IMG/VR virus record: IMGVR_UViG_3300025154_000055 | From: an uncultured virus (IMG/VR IMGVR_UViG_3300025154_000055) | Taxonomy: Duplodnaviria > Heunggongvirae > Uroviricota > Caudoviricetes | DNA: 59,053 nucleotides | Reading direction: 5' to 3' (one strand) | Shown here: one piece after another, positions 14,349-22,909 of the stretch | Layout: each line of letters starts with the position of its first letter | Numbering within the stretch: the stretch's first letter is position 1 | Notes under the pieces: generated by a model | Seen by the model: the letters and a program-made list of their open reading frames with translations, nothing else | The model's database searches: none | Told to the model about the DNA's origin: nothing | Position numbers and translations under genes: made by a program

Positions 14349-14452
14349 GCCCAACGGCCCCGGCGTCAGCCGCCGCGACCTGCTACATTTTCAATGTCGG
14401 TTGAATCGCTGGCCGACGCATGATCGGCGGTCGGCTGCACGCCGTGTTGGGC
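14349..14452 (-). repeat. attC site 3
   Basis: GCCCAAC-ACGGC-GTGCAGCCG...CGGCTGAC-GCCGGGGCC-GTTGGGC. Confidence 0.87.
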
Positions 14453-14635
14453 GGCGGCCTGTTCAACAACGACTTTCAGCGTTGCGTCATATAGCGCTGG
14501 CGCGCACGCTGCGCACGCGAAAATCCAGCCAACCATATTGCCATTTGCGCGATGTGGTATCAGGCATATGTTTTCTGTCTTAGCGCACGATATGCAATGA
14601 GCGATGAATGGCCGTTCAATTTTTCTGATCTTCAT
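14366..14635 (-). CDS. cassette ORF, zinc-ribbon hypothetical
   Basis: GGAGG RBS, MKIRKIE, CISC/CAAC; reads into attC3. Confidence 0.65.
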   Translation of the reverse strand: MKIRKIERPFIAHCISCAKTENICLIPHRANGNMVGWIFACAACAPALYDATLKVVVEQAAAQHGVQPTADHASASDSTDIENVAGRGG

Positions 14636-14659
14636 GATTTCCTCCGGGCGAAAGATGCC

Positions 14660-14749
14660 GCCCAACGATTCGCGTAAGCGGCGGGCGCTCACGCACTGGT
14701 GGATTTACGCGCCCTCGGTGCGCCCGTCCGCTTGACGCGAGGGTTGGGC
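14660..14749 (-). repeat. attC site 2
   Basis: GCCCAAC-CCTCG-CGTCAAGCGG...CCGCTTACG-CGAATC-GTTGGGC. Confidence 0.88.
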
Positions 14750-15051
14750 CGCGCTGGTGGAAAAGGAAGTTCCCAGTTTTGCTCAATAATGGCCCAGTCA
14801 ATTTCTTCTGGTTTTAGTTCGCTGTTTCCGGCCTGCAAAACTAAAACAAACTGGTCGCGCATTGGCTTGAAGCCCAAAACTTGTTTCAGTCCATGCTCTT
14901 TGACTCCAATTTGAAACGGGGGAAATTCCATAAAAAACTGGGTAACGACGCAATTAGCGCAAAGCCCTTCGCTTGCACGTCTAAACGGACGTGCTTCGCT
15001 ATTTTCTGATTTTCCAGGCCTTGCTGGCCTGTGGCAACGCTGGCATTCCAT
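14689..15051 (-). CDS. cassette ORF, zinc-ribbon hypothetical
   Basis: AGGAG RBS, CQRC/CANC; reads into attC2. Confidence 0.7.
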   Translation of the reverse strand: MECQRCHRPARPGKSENSEARPFRRASEGLCANCVVTQFFMEFPPFQIGVKEHGLKQVLGFKPMRDQFVLVLQAGNSELKPEEIDWAIIEQNWELPFPPARPNPRVKRTGAPRARKSTSA

Positions 15052-15075
15052 AGAGACTCCTATTTACGAGAAGCG

Positions 15076-15181
15076 GCCCAACGACCTCGGCTTCACCCGC
15101 CGCCACCGACCCAACTGCCGATGGTCAACCGTAACGCTCAACTCCGGCATGATCGGCGGTCGGGTGCAATCCGTGTTGGGC
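15076..15181 (-). repeat. attC site 1
   Basis: GCCCAAC-ACGGA-TTGCACCCG...CGGGTGAA-GCCGAGGTC-GTTGGGC. Confidence 0.85.
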
Positions 15182-15193
15182 GCTGGAGAGTCT

Positions 15194-15228
15194 GGGGTGA
15201 CTGGTGGAGAGAGATCACCAGTCACCCC
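15194..15228 (-). terminator. 13-bp perfect hairpin after ssb
   Basis: GGGGTGACTGGTG/CACCAGTCACCCC; no U tract. Confidence 0.5.
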
Positions 15229-15239
15229 GATAGTTTCAC

Positions 15240-15605
15240 CTAGAACTCTGGTTCTGAATCCTCGGACTCTTCTTGCTTCTTTTCGCCCTTATTGTCTCCG
15301 GTGAACTCAAAATCCGTCACGACAATCTCGATAGATACGCCAGTACCACCATCGCGTTTCTCGTAAGTCACGACTTTCTGGCGACCAGATAGAGCGAACG
15401 TCGTTCCGCCCTTAATGAACTTGGACAGCGATTCGGCCTGTTTTCCGAAGAGTACCGCCTGAAAGTTGTTGAACTCCGGTTTCTCTTTTGTGCCTACATT
15501 CTTCGAGAACCGTAACTTCAGAACAGCCGTACCGCTTGGAGCATAGACCATACTAACGTGTTCGTCGTCCTTGATTTTCCCTGTTACGTGAGCGATAACT
15601 GACAT
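15240..15605 (-). CDS. ssb: single-stranded DNA-binding protein
   Basis: OB-fold pattern (FGKQAESL..KG..SGR..YEKRDG) and acidic C-terminus ending EPEF. Confidence 0.9.
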   Translation of the reverse strand: MSVIAHVTGKIKDDEHVSMVYAPSGTAVLKLRFSKNVGTKEKPEFNNFQAVLFGKQAESLSKFIKGGTTFALSGRQKVVTYEKRDGGTGVSIEIVVTDFEFTGDNKGEKKQEESEDSEPEF

Positions 15606-15622
15606 GCTATTCTCCTGTGAGA

Positions 15623-17785
15623 TTAGATTTTCTTTTCAACGTCGTCTTTGAACAAAAACGTCACAACCGCGCTACTTTGAGTCTTGAAACCCGTCACGGG
15701 AACGATATATTCCGCCTCTGCCGTGTTGTGATATTTCTTCCAGTGTCCACCGAGCGCAATGGCGTATCGTCTCGCGTTAATGTCTGCATCGATATGGCGC
15801 TTCTTGTCTTTAAGGATGGTGATCCGGTCGTTCAACCACTGAATTGCCGCGCCCGTTGACTTGGGCATTGCGTCCATATCCGATTGACCCAACATCATCA
15901 TATCGCCCGTGAAGTTCATCTTCTTGTTACCCTTGACCATCTCAGCGAAGTCCTTCATAGTTACGGGACTCGTCTTGGAAACCTTAATCTCGAAGGTGCG
16001 AATCTTCATCACGTCTGTAGCGTCTTCCTCAACCATCGGAGGCGAATACGAACCGTCAGACTTGATGCCACACTCTGATAGGAACGCCTCCTGTTCGGGA
16101 GTCATCGTCACAGGGCGCTTGAACTCTTTATTTGGGTCGAGTTCGTCCAACTTCGCCCTGAGAACCTTTAAGGTGTTGCCGACGATGGCAGACTCAACGG
16201 ACTTCTTCGCCAGATCGTCCCAATTACATGCCGTCTTGCCGCGAACACGATTACAGGCAGGGACGGCGGATAAGTCTAAGACATGAATAACAGAACCGTC
16301 GTCCTTTTTGATGGATTCTGCGATAGCACCGATTCTGTCCAACTCCCGGAAAGTGGCGTACCCAACGCTTACGGGTAGTCTGGTTACATTCGGCAGGGCG
16401 TTCGCAATCACGTTGTACGTTCGGAAGATACTGGAGTTGAACACCTTCGGAAGCCCGACCGATTCTCGCGTGACTCCGTTCTCCTCATCGGGCAATTCAA
16501 CCGTACCCGGAATGTTGACACCCACACTAATATTGAGTTCTTTCGAGTTCCCGACAAGACCAGAAGAGATAGGAACAGACACATTCTCGTCTGCCTTGAA
16601 CTCTGGATACCCGTCCTTGACTTTACTGACACGACCGATACGCTTGTACTTGAACTCCTTGTGACGCGGGTATAGACGCGCTTCGGGGTCGTTCTGCAAT
16701 AGCGTCAGTAGGTCAATCAAGTCGAAGGCATCCTCTTTTGGCGCACATCCCTTCTTCTGACCTTTCAAGAACCTTTTCGTAATATCCGTAGCGGCATCCT
16801 GAATCATGGACTCCACTTCACCGAACTCTTTGTTCGTGATAGCAGAACCCAACTTCTCGACAATCGCCACGTCCCCTACATCACCTAGAATGGACAAAGC
16901 GCCATCTACGTCCCCACTTTGCAGAGACAGCAGTGCAGTTGCGTAGACGGGTTGATAGGGGTCAACCATCTTGGACGCGACCATAGACGCAACGGGTTTC
17001 CCGTCTGATTTGCTCGTCACGAAATAGACGCTCGTGCCAGTCGGGGCAGTCACCACACCGTTTTCCACGGAGTAGATGACCACGCGCCCGTTTTCGATAG
17101 CGAAGGCGGCGTCAGAACCCGCAGGGAGCGTAATCGTTGTGCGCTTCTTGCCCTGCTTGACGACAATCTTGCCCAATGCCTTGCCAAAGTCCCGAATCTC
17201 GTCAGCGTGTTGCAATGTAGCACCCAACGCTTGCGCCATCTCGGTCATAAGCTGACGGTTATATCCATCCGAATATCCCACTAAGAGACCCGATGAAATC
17301 TGTCCCTTAATGTCCTTAATGGCGTTAAAGATTGCCTTCTTCTCGCGGTCGTAGGACGGCACAACAGGGTATCCATCTGTCAGGAAAACCAATTCAACGG
17401 TATCCACAAGGGGCGCAACATCCGCAATGACCGTGGGGACGTTCGCCAGAATCTCGCTAAAGCACGTTGTATTTCGGGAACGCGCATTGCTCTGGATAAT
17501 CTTGGCAACGGCATCATAATCCCTTTGGTCAACTACACGAGTGCCCTTGACGAACCACCGATAATCCCCAACACCGCTGAAATACCCCACCGTCATGAAG
17601 TCGCCCGATGGGACTTCTTTCAGGTGCGTACACATATCGTCTGCTACTTGCTGAGTATAGTAGCCCATACTGCCGCTCTGGTCAACGACCCAAATGTGAT
17701 GCTTTCGTTGCGAGACCTGAGTCTTCTCGCTCTCTGCGGGATGAATCACCCCTACGAATTTGTTCCCAATCGGCCAATAACTCAT
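15623..17785 (-). CDS. von Willebrand factor A domain protein
   Basis: MIDAS DQSGSM and FLTDG. Confidence 0.82.
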   Translation of the reverse strand: MSYWPIGNKFVGVIHPAESEKTQVSQRKHHIWVVDQSGSMGYYTQQVADDMCTHLKEVPSGDFMTVGYFSGVGDYRWFVKGTRVVDQRDYDAVAKIIQSNARSRNTTCFSEILANVPTVIADVAPLVDTVELVFLTDGYPVVPSYDREKKAIFNAIKDIKGQISSGLLVGYSDGYNRQLMTEMAQALGATLQHADEIRDFGKALGKIVVKQGKKRTTITLPAGSDAAFAIENGRVVIYSVENGVVTAPTGTSVYFVTSKSDGKPVASMVASKMVDPYQPVYATALLSLQSGDVDGALSILGDVGDVAIVEKLGSAITNKEFGEVESMIQDAATDITKRFLKGQKKGCAPKEDAFDLIDLLTLLQNDPEARLYPRHKEFKYKRIGRVSKVKDGYPEFKADENVSVPISSGLVGNSKELNISVGVNIPGTVELPDEENGVTRESVGLPKVFNSSIFRTYNVIANALPNVTRLPVSVGYATFRELDRIGAIAESIKKDDGSVIHVLDLSAVPACNRVRGKTACNWDDLAKKSVESAIVGNTLKVLRAKLDELDPNKEFKRPVTMTPEQEAFLSECGIKSDGSYSPPMVEEDATDVMKIRTFEIKVSKTSPVTMKDFAEMVKGNKKMNFTGDMMMLGQSDMDAMPKSTGAAIQWLNDRITILKDKKRHIDADINARRYAIALGGHWKKYHNTAEAEYIVPVTGFKTQSSAVVTFLFKDDVEKKI

Positions 17786-17993
17786 TCCTTGTCCTCCGTG
17801 TTCTTCGCCATGATAACCGCCAACAACAGACTACTCATCTACTCCGACTCGATTATCAACCCCGCCAAAACCATACCAATGGACGGACTCTCGTCATGGT
17901 CGTGGTTCTTGTATGCCATCTTTAATGTCTCAGTTAGTTTCTGAGATTGGCGAAAGGCGTAGGATAGATAGTCGGAGTCGTGAAATGCCATGT

Positions 17994-18257
17994 CTACTTC
18001 TTTGAGACGCTACTCGACTTAACGAAGTATGCGCCAATAAATCCCAGTGTTCCGCACAGTAGGGGAAGTTGCGCCAGAGTCACCTCTAGGCGAAGAAGCG
18101 CAAGACCGGCTACCACCCAATTACCCGCAAAGACTAACACATTGGAGAGAATCCATCCCGTAAACGCGCCCATCAGGAAATAGAACACTGGGAGAATCAG
18201 GACTAACGCGCCAATGCCCAATAACGCCAATACGCCAACTGCAATATCGCCCCTCAT
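17994..18257 (-). CDS. small membrane protein
   Basis: 2-3 hydrophobic segments, AGGAG RBS. Confidence 0.7.
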   Translation of the reverse strand: MRGDIAVGVLALLGIGALVLILPVFYFLMGAFTGWILSNVLVFAGNWVVAGLALLRLEVTLAQLPLLCGTLGFIGAYFVKSSSVSKK

Positions 18258-18331
18258 TTCAGACTCCTTTGATTTGATGACTCATTTTACAACATCTAGC
18301 ACACAGTCGTCCATAGTACGAAGGTAACTGT

Positions 18332-18577
18332 CTATGGTGTCATCTCGTTAATATATACCCATACTCCATTCCCGAATACCGCCGTCATCGCCGCCTCGTA
18401 AATGTATTGTCTGCCGTCTGAGTCGGCATCTCCATTGGTTATATCGTCTAACCGAGATAAGCACATCTTGTAAAGAGGCAACCAATTAGGTTCTTCTAGT
18501 GGCTTGGGTTGATCGTCTTTTTCTCTACGCGCTAATTCTTCTTCGAGTTGTTCTTTTGTGAAGTCTCTAATGTTCAT
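18332..18577 (-). CDS. hypothetical protein
   Basis: GAGG RBS, operon context. Confidence 0.7.
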   Translation of the reverse strand: MNIRDFTKEQLEEELARREKDDQPKPLEEPNWLPLYKMCLSRLDDITNGDADSDGRQYIYEAAMTAVFGNGVWVYINEMTP

Positions 18578-18581
18578 GAAA

Positions 18582-18608
18582 ACCTCTCACGCGATTACTT
18601 TACATAAC
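18582..18608. repeat. 27-bp dispersed motif copy
   Basis: ACCTCTCACGCGATTACTTTACATAAC. Confidence 0.8.
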
Positions 18609-19054
18609 GAGAACTCTGGCTCGTTTAGTCGCCACTTATCCTGGACTTCCTGAGTCGTCATGTGCGCCAAATCAAACCAATACTGCCCCACGGCGTCCAA
18701 CTTGTTCTGTTCCCCGTCCGAGTCCATTTTTGTCTTAAGCGTCTTGAGTTTCGCCGCTCGTTCTGCCCAGTATCTTAGGGTGTACGGACTCTGGTAAGGA
18801 GTTACAACATGGGGTACACTGTGCCAATTCTCGTTACCCGTAAACAGGGCATCCAAGTGTTCCGTGTTGACTTCTGGCGCGTCAGGAGCTTTTGCTCCAC
18901 CCTTATTGAGATACAATCGCACTTGGCGAACGTGCCAACAGTTCTCTTTACCGCATGAGCACGTCCTGTCCTTGCAGACGGTATTGACCTTCCCCTGCGC
19001 GTCTGTAACGGAATAGGCATATCCAGAAACGGTAACAGTGGTGGATTCAGTCAT
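18587..19054 (-). CDS. SWIM zinc-finger-like protein
   Basis: CSC....C.H motif. Confidence 0.65.
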   Translation of the reverse strand: MTESTTVTVSGYAYSVTDAQGKVNTVCKDRTCSCGKENCWHVRQVRLYLNKGGAKAPDAPEVNTEHLDALFTGNENWHSVPHVVTPYQSPYTLRYWAERAAKLKTLKTKMDSDGEQNKLDAVGQYWFDLAHMTTQEVQDKWRLNEPEFSLCKVIA

Positions 19055-19242
19055 ACACCGAACTCTGGCATAGGAAGTTGATAGGTTGTATTTTCCTCAT
19101 CTTCTTTCTGTAGTACGGTAACATCTCCGCAGTACATCTCGTAAATACCCCGATAAACACTTGATTCGGGTGCGGAACCAATAAACTCAAAGTTCAATGG
19201 AAGAACATCGCCGAACTGATTCACAGATACAATCTCAATCAT
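19051..19242 (-). CDS. small hypothetical protein
   Basis: AGGAG RBS, ATGA overlap. Confidence 0.6.
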   Translation of the reverse strand: MIEIVSVNQFGDVLPLNFEFIGSAPESSVYRGIYEMYCGDVTVLQKEDEENTTYQLPMPEFGV

Positions 19243-19254
19243 CTCAATCTCCTT

Positions 19255-20358
19255 TTACTTCGGTTGCATAAAGACAACCATGCCCGTCCATCCGTCCTGT
19301 AAAGCGGATTGAACGATTGCGCGGTCGTCACCCACACGCATCAGGTAGTTCGCGGTAGCGTTACTCAGCGTGTCCAGCATGTACTTGACGTTGAACATCA
19401 ACTTGAAGTCGATGTCCATGCCCTCTACGGTCAGCGATACTTCTGCGCCGCCATCGCCCAGTTCTGTGCTTCGAGACGAGATAGACGCGCTACCTTTTGC
19501 TGGACTCACTTGCATAACCGCCACATTGAAGTCATCCTTGCCGAACACCTGAGACACCTTGAGCGCCTGTACCATCTCAGTCGTCTCTCCGAGGATGGAG
19601 AACTTGAAGTCTTTCGGGATGAGCCGATTATACTCAGGATACTTGTCTTGAGTATACTGCGAGATAACCGTTTCTACGCCTGTAGAGAACATCACTTGAT
19701 TCTCTTTAAGGGAAATCGTCACCAATCCGTTCAGAGCAGACAGAAAACTGGTGCTTGCCAGTGGCAGAATCACTTCAAACGCTGAAGACGGTTTCACGCC
19801 AGTTTCCAGCATCGCCATGACGCCTACGCCGTCCAGCGACACCAAGTTAAGTCCGTCTCCCATGCCATCGAGATACACACTGTTTACCTTTGGAAGATTA
19901 GAGTCTGGATTCGCAGCGTGACTCACTCGCCCCACGCCCTTAATGAGTAAGGCACTCTGAATCATGCACACTTCCGAGAACCCGCCATAGTCAATCAGCG
20001 GATAGTCCTCAATAGACAGACACCTAATCTTAGAAGTCGTCTTGCCATTCTTGACGGTTAGTGTGTCTCCATTCAATGTCAGTTCGACTTCATCACTAGC
20101 ACTAACTCCTACGACCGTCTTGAACTTGTCATACGGAACGCATGTTGCCCACGTATACATGGATGCGCCATTCTCCGACTGAATACTTTGTTTGAGGGTC
20201 GTAGTCAAATCTGTTGCCTGGATGGTAATATCACCATTCAAATCCAGCTTCACGCACGACAATACGGGTAGCGTCGTCCGAGTCTTAACCACCTTGCCCA
20301 CGAACCCCAATGCCGCATCTAGTTCCTTACGACTTACTTTTGCCACGATTGCCTCCAA
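19255..20358 (-). CDS. dnaN: DNA polymerase III beta sliding clamp
   Basis: 367 aa; TTLPVLS, ATDL, DYP, YPEYNRLIP, FNVKYMLDTL. Confidence 0.93.
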   Translation of the reverse strand: MEAIVAKVSRKELDAALGFVGKVVKTRTTLPVLSCVKLDLNGDITIQATDLTTTLKQSIQSENGASMYTWATCVPYDKFKTVVGVSASDEVELTLNGDTLTVKNGKTTSKIRCLSIEDYPLIDYGGFSEVCMIQSALLIKGVGRVSHAANPDSNLPKVNSVYLDGMGDGLNLVSLDGVGVMAMLETGVKPSSAFEVILPLASTSFLSALNGLVTISLKENQVMFSTGVETVISQYTQDKYPEYNRLIPKDFKFSILGETTEMVQALKVSQVFGKDDFNVAVMQVSPAKGSASISSRSTELGDGGAEVSLTVEGMDIDFKLMFNVKYMLDTLSNATANYLMRVGDDRAIVQSALQDGWTGMVVFMQPK

Positions 20359-20371
20359 TCAGAATATGACG

Positions 20372-20602
20372 TTAGTCGGGTAGAATGTACTGATCAGGAA
20401 CGTCCATGTTAAACGTCAGAGTAAGACGCTTAGGGGAGTCTGCCTGACACTCGTAGACCACACCCTCGCCATAATACGTCCCGAACTCTTCATCTACAAT
20501 GTCGTGCTCTTTAAGATACTTGGCGGCGCTTTTAAGCAGCTTATACACACTGTCTTCTTCAAAAGTAACCGACTTCATGGTTGAAACGTCGATAATGCTC
20601 AT
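20372..20602 (-). CDS. hypothetical protein
   Basis: AGGAG RBS; first gene after promoter 20634-20677. Confidence 0.7.
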   Translation of the reverse strand: MSIIDVSTMKSVTFEEDSVYKLLKSAAKYLKEHDIVDEEFGTYYGEGVVYECQADSPKRLTLTFNMDVPDQYILPD

Positions 20603-20633
20603 TGGACTCCTTTGTTTTCTGTGAGATGACGCT

Positions 20634-20677
20634 ATTGTAGTCTATTTCTGAACGAATGTCAGTAGTTATTTAGTACC
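20634..20677 (-). promoter_or_regulatory. promoter with upstream 15-bp box
   Basis: GGTACTAAATAACTA-CTGACA-17bp-TACAAT. Confidence 0.6.
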
Positions 20678-21001
20678 AAGTTCCTTAATCGCTGCCCAAA
20701 AATCCCTAGCGCGTTGCCCTTTCGGTTGTTCGTCAAAGTGTAGCATGGGCAGGTTGATAAAGTAGTCACTCTTGAGTTTCTTGGTCATCTTGAGACAGCA
20801 CAACCACGAACAGAACTCGTACCGCTTCGTGTCGTGGTCTTTATTAAACACGTCCACTGTAAGAGTATCGCCTGTGACGACTTTCTTGCAGTAGTCGCAC
20901 CCGTATTCCTCTTCTCGAATAAGAGTCTTGTGCCGTCCACATTCTGTGCAGTCTTCCCATTCTCGATCATGCAATAACACTGTCTGCCTCCTGTCTTGCA
21001 A
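20666..21001 (-). CDS. zinc-binding hypothetical protein
   Basis: CTEC, CDYC, FCSWLC motifs. Confidence 0.65.
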   Translation of the reverse strand: MQDRRQTVLLHDREWEDCTECGRHKTLIREEEYGCDYCKKVVTGDTLTVDVFNKDHDTKRYEFCSWLCCLKMTKKLKSDYFINLPMLHFDEQPKGQRARDFWAAIKELGTK

Positions 21002-21422
21002 TTAAATCGCAACGCTCGTTAAATTCGTGTCCGTTATGGCCCTTCACGTGATGAAAAGTCACGATATGTTTACCGCTCGCAATGGCGTCGTCAATCTTCC
21101 GAGCGATCTTGGCGCACTCAAAGTCCTTTCGCTTGAACTTCTTAGAAGGATCGGGGACGTTCTTCTCGGTGTCCCATCCATGTATCCATCCAATCACCAG
21201 TTTGGAATCTGTGGTTATAAGCACGTCGCACGGAACACGAAGCGCCTTAATCCCTTCAAGTACGGCAGTCAACTCAGCGATATTATTGGTGGTGTTCTGT
21301 AACGCTCCCGACACCACTCTCTCACGATCCCCGCTCACCAGAATCGCACAGTATCCCCCTCTGCCGTGTCCCTTAGAGTTTTCAGGGGAACTTCCGTCTG
21401 TGAACATATCGACATGCACCAT
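20967..21422 (-). CDS. rnhA: ribonuclease HI
   Basis: FTDGS, TTNNIAEL, TDS, HVKGHNG..NERCD. Confidence 0.95.
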   Translation of the reverse strand: MVHVDMFTDGSSPENSKGHGRGGYCAILVSGDRERVVSGALQNTTNNIAELTAVLEGIKALRVPCDVLITTDSKLVIGWIHGWDTEKNVPDPSKKFKRKDFECAKIARKIDDAIASGKHIVTFHHVKGHNGHEFNERCDLIARQEADSVIA

Positions 21423-21631
21423 TACAGTGACAATCTCTTCAGTTTCACCAGTTCTTCCGACATAGCGTTCATTTTCTTCAAGGAGTACTCCATGCCCATG
21501 TTGGAACTCTTGAGTAACTTCTTCGTCATCTGGTGTTCAGCGCGTTCCCGCCCCAATTCTAGTCGGAGCATGGTGATTTCGCCCACCAGTTCTTCACGGG
21601 ATGCGGTCTTTAGGTCGAGTTCGGTGTCCAT
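21422..21631 (-). CDS. small coiled-coil protein
   Basis: AAGGA RBS, TAATG overlap with rnhA. Confidence 0.65.
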   Translation of the reverse strand: MDTELDLKTASREELVGEITMLRLELGRERAEHQMTKKLLKSSNMGMEYSLKKMNAMSEELVKLKRLSL

Positions 21632-21662
21632 GTGAGAGTCCTTAATGACTGTTCTTGCCCTG

Positions 21663-21706
21663 ATTATATCTCGTTCCCGTCATGCCTTCAATGGGTATTC
21701 CGTACT
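21663..21706 (-). promoter_or_regulatory. promoter with upstream 15-bp box
   Basis: AGTACGGAATACCCA-TTGAAG-17bp-TATAAT. Confidence 0.65.
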
Positions 21707-21759
21707 ACCCCTCGTGGGACATTTGGTCATACGAGCCACATTCTCGACTGCAATATTTA

Positions 21760-22140
21760 TTAGTTCTCGTCTGGACTGAATGCTACAGATTCTTTCTTAA
21801 GAACCTCACTCATCCGGTACGCGCCAAGAGCCGTGAATAGTCCCCGTTTCTCTTGATACTCAAATAATACCTGCTCTGGCGTGAGTGTCCCCAAATTCTC
21901 AGATGTGGCTTTAATTTTCGCTACGTCCTCACGGGTTGGCTTTTCTTTGCTGTACACGCCAACGCTAAAGCGGGTTTCCTTGATAGCGACTGGAACAATC
22001 TCGTACTTCTCGTTAATCCTGTATATTTGCACAGGAAACCCGCTCGGAAACATTCCACGCAGTCTACTGGCGTAGTAGTCGTTGATGATTCCTAAATAGG
22101 AGTCGTATTTCTCTTTGTTAGTCTTCATTCTGTTCTCCAT
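21760..22140 (-). CDS. hypothetical protein (possibly truncated)
   Basis: 126-aa ORF with an out-of-frame Cys-containing tail downstream. Confidence 0.6.
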   Translation of the reverse strand: MENRMKTNKEKYDSYLGIINDYYASRLRGMFPSGFPVQIYRINEKYEIVPVAIKETRFSVGVYSKEKPTREDVAKIKATSENLGTLTPEQVLFEYQEKRGLFTALGAYRMSEVLKKESVAFSPDEN

Positions 22141-22258
22141 GTGTATTTCTGCCCACTACTTAAATGGGACGTTCCACCAATTGCGCTGTTACCCTTTCAG
22201 AGATATGATGAGCGTATGTACAACGAACTGTTCACCCTACTCACTCTGGCGATAGTCC

Positions 22259-22483
22259 TTATCGGGGGATGGGCGCTGAGTCAGGATTAAATTTCTTCAC
22301 GAACCATATCGGTAGCGTGATGTAGTTTTGTCCGTCCACAAAGGACATCCCCGGATCGAACGCCGCAAGAGTCATGCCGAACATCCTCTCAATGGGTTCT
22401 GCTAACGAGTGCCATGCTTGGTAGTATTCGTCAAAGTCGGTGGTGTCTTGCCCTGTTACGGGCAGGGTGTAGTGTTCAGTCAT
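22259..22483 (-). CDS. hypothetical protein
   Basis: GGAGG RBS, ATGA overlap. Confidence 0.7.
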   Translation of the reverse strand: MTEHYTLPVTGQDTTDFDEYYQAWHSLAEPIERMFGMTLAAFDPGMSFVDGQNYITLPIWFVKKFNPDSAPIPR

Positions 22484-22845
22484 GTTTCCTCCAGAACGTC
22501 CTGCGCCTCAAGTATCGCCTCTACCATCTGGTCAAATTCCTTGAATGTGATCTGAGCCGCCCCACTCTGAGAAATGTGGACATTGATGCCCTTTGTTTTA
22601 TCAGGAGTATAAAACTTGTACTTATACCCACCACCGAGAGAAACCACAATCACCATCGCCTCTCTGCGAATCTCGATTTGTGGATGACCAGACTTAAATC
22701 CGACCTTACGCGCCTTCCACTTTTTAGAGTCTTCTCTTGACATATTCGGAGTATAGACACCGGCAGGAGCCGAGTCAGCAGAGATAGAACTCCACTCGTC
22801 TTTAGTCATCACTTGTGCTGGTTTATCCCATGATAAAATTCCCAT
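22480..22845 (-). CDS. hypothetical protein
   Basis: AGGAG RBS; first gene after promoter 22866-22909. Confidence 0.72.
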   Translation of the reverse strand: MGILSWDKPAQVMTKDEWSSISADSAPAGVYTPNMSREDSKKWKARKVGFKSGHPQIEIRREAMVIVVSLGGGYKYKFYTPDKTKGINVHISQSGAAQITFKEFDQMVEAILEAQDVLEET

Positions 22846-22865
22846 GTTTGTTCTCCTATGCGCCC

Positions 22866-22909
22866 ATTATAACCGTTCTCACTAATGCTGTGTATAGGTA
22901 TTCTGTACC
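22866..22909 (-). promoter_or_regulatory. promoter with upstream 15-bp box
   Basis: GGTACAGAATACCTA-TACACA-17bp-TATAAT. Confidence 0.55.

Larger units (their letters stand above)
13802..15181 (-). mobile_element. integron gene-cassette array without integrase (CALIN): 5 attC, 4 cassettes
   Basis: five RYYYAAC...GTTRRRY imperfect palindromes alternating with single co-oriented ORFs. Confidence 0.88.

Noticed and set aside
13802..15181. Repeats read as a CRISPR array or REP/BIME elements
   Set aside because: Units are ~100 bp with variable centres and gene-sized spacers, and have the attC R/L box layout
17782..17919. In-frame TAG in a small membrane ORF suggesting stop-codon recoding
   Set aside because: TAG is a normal stop for terL, ssb and ferritin, long genes are uninterrupted, and no CTA-anticodon tRNA was found; more likely a decayed gene
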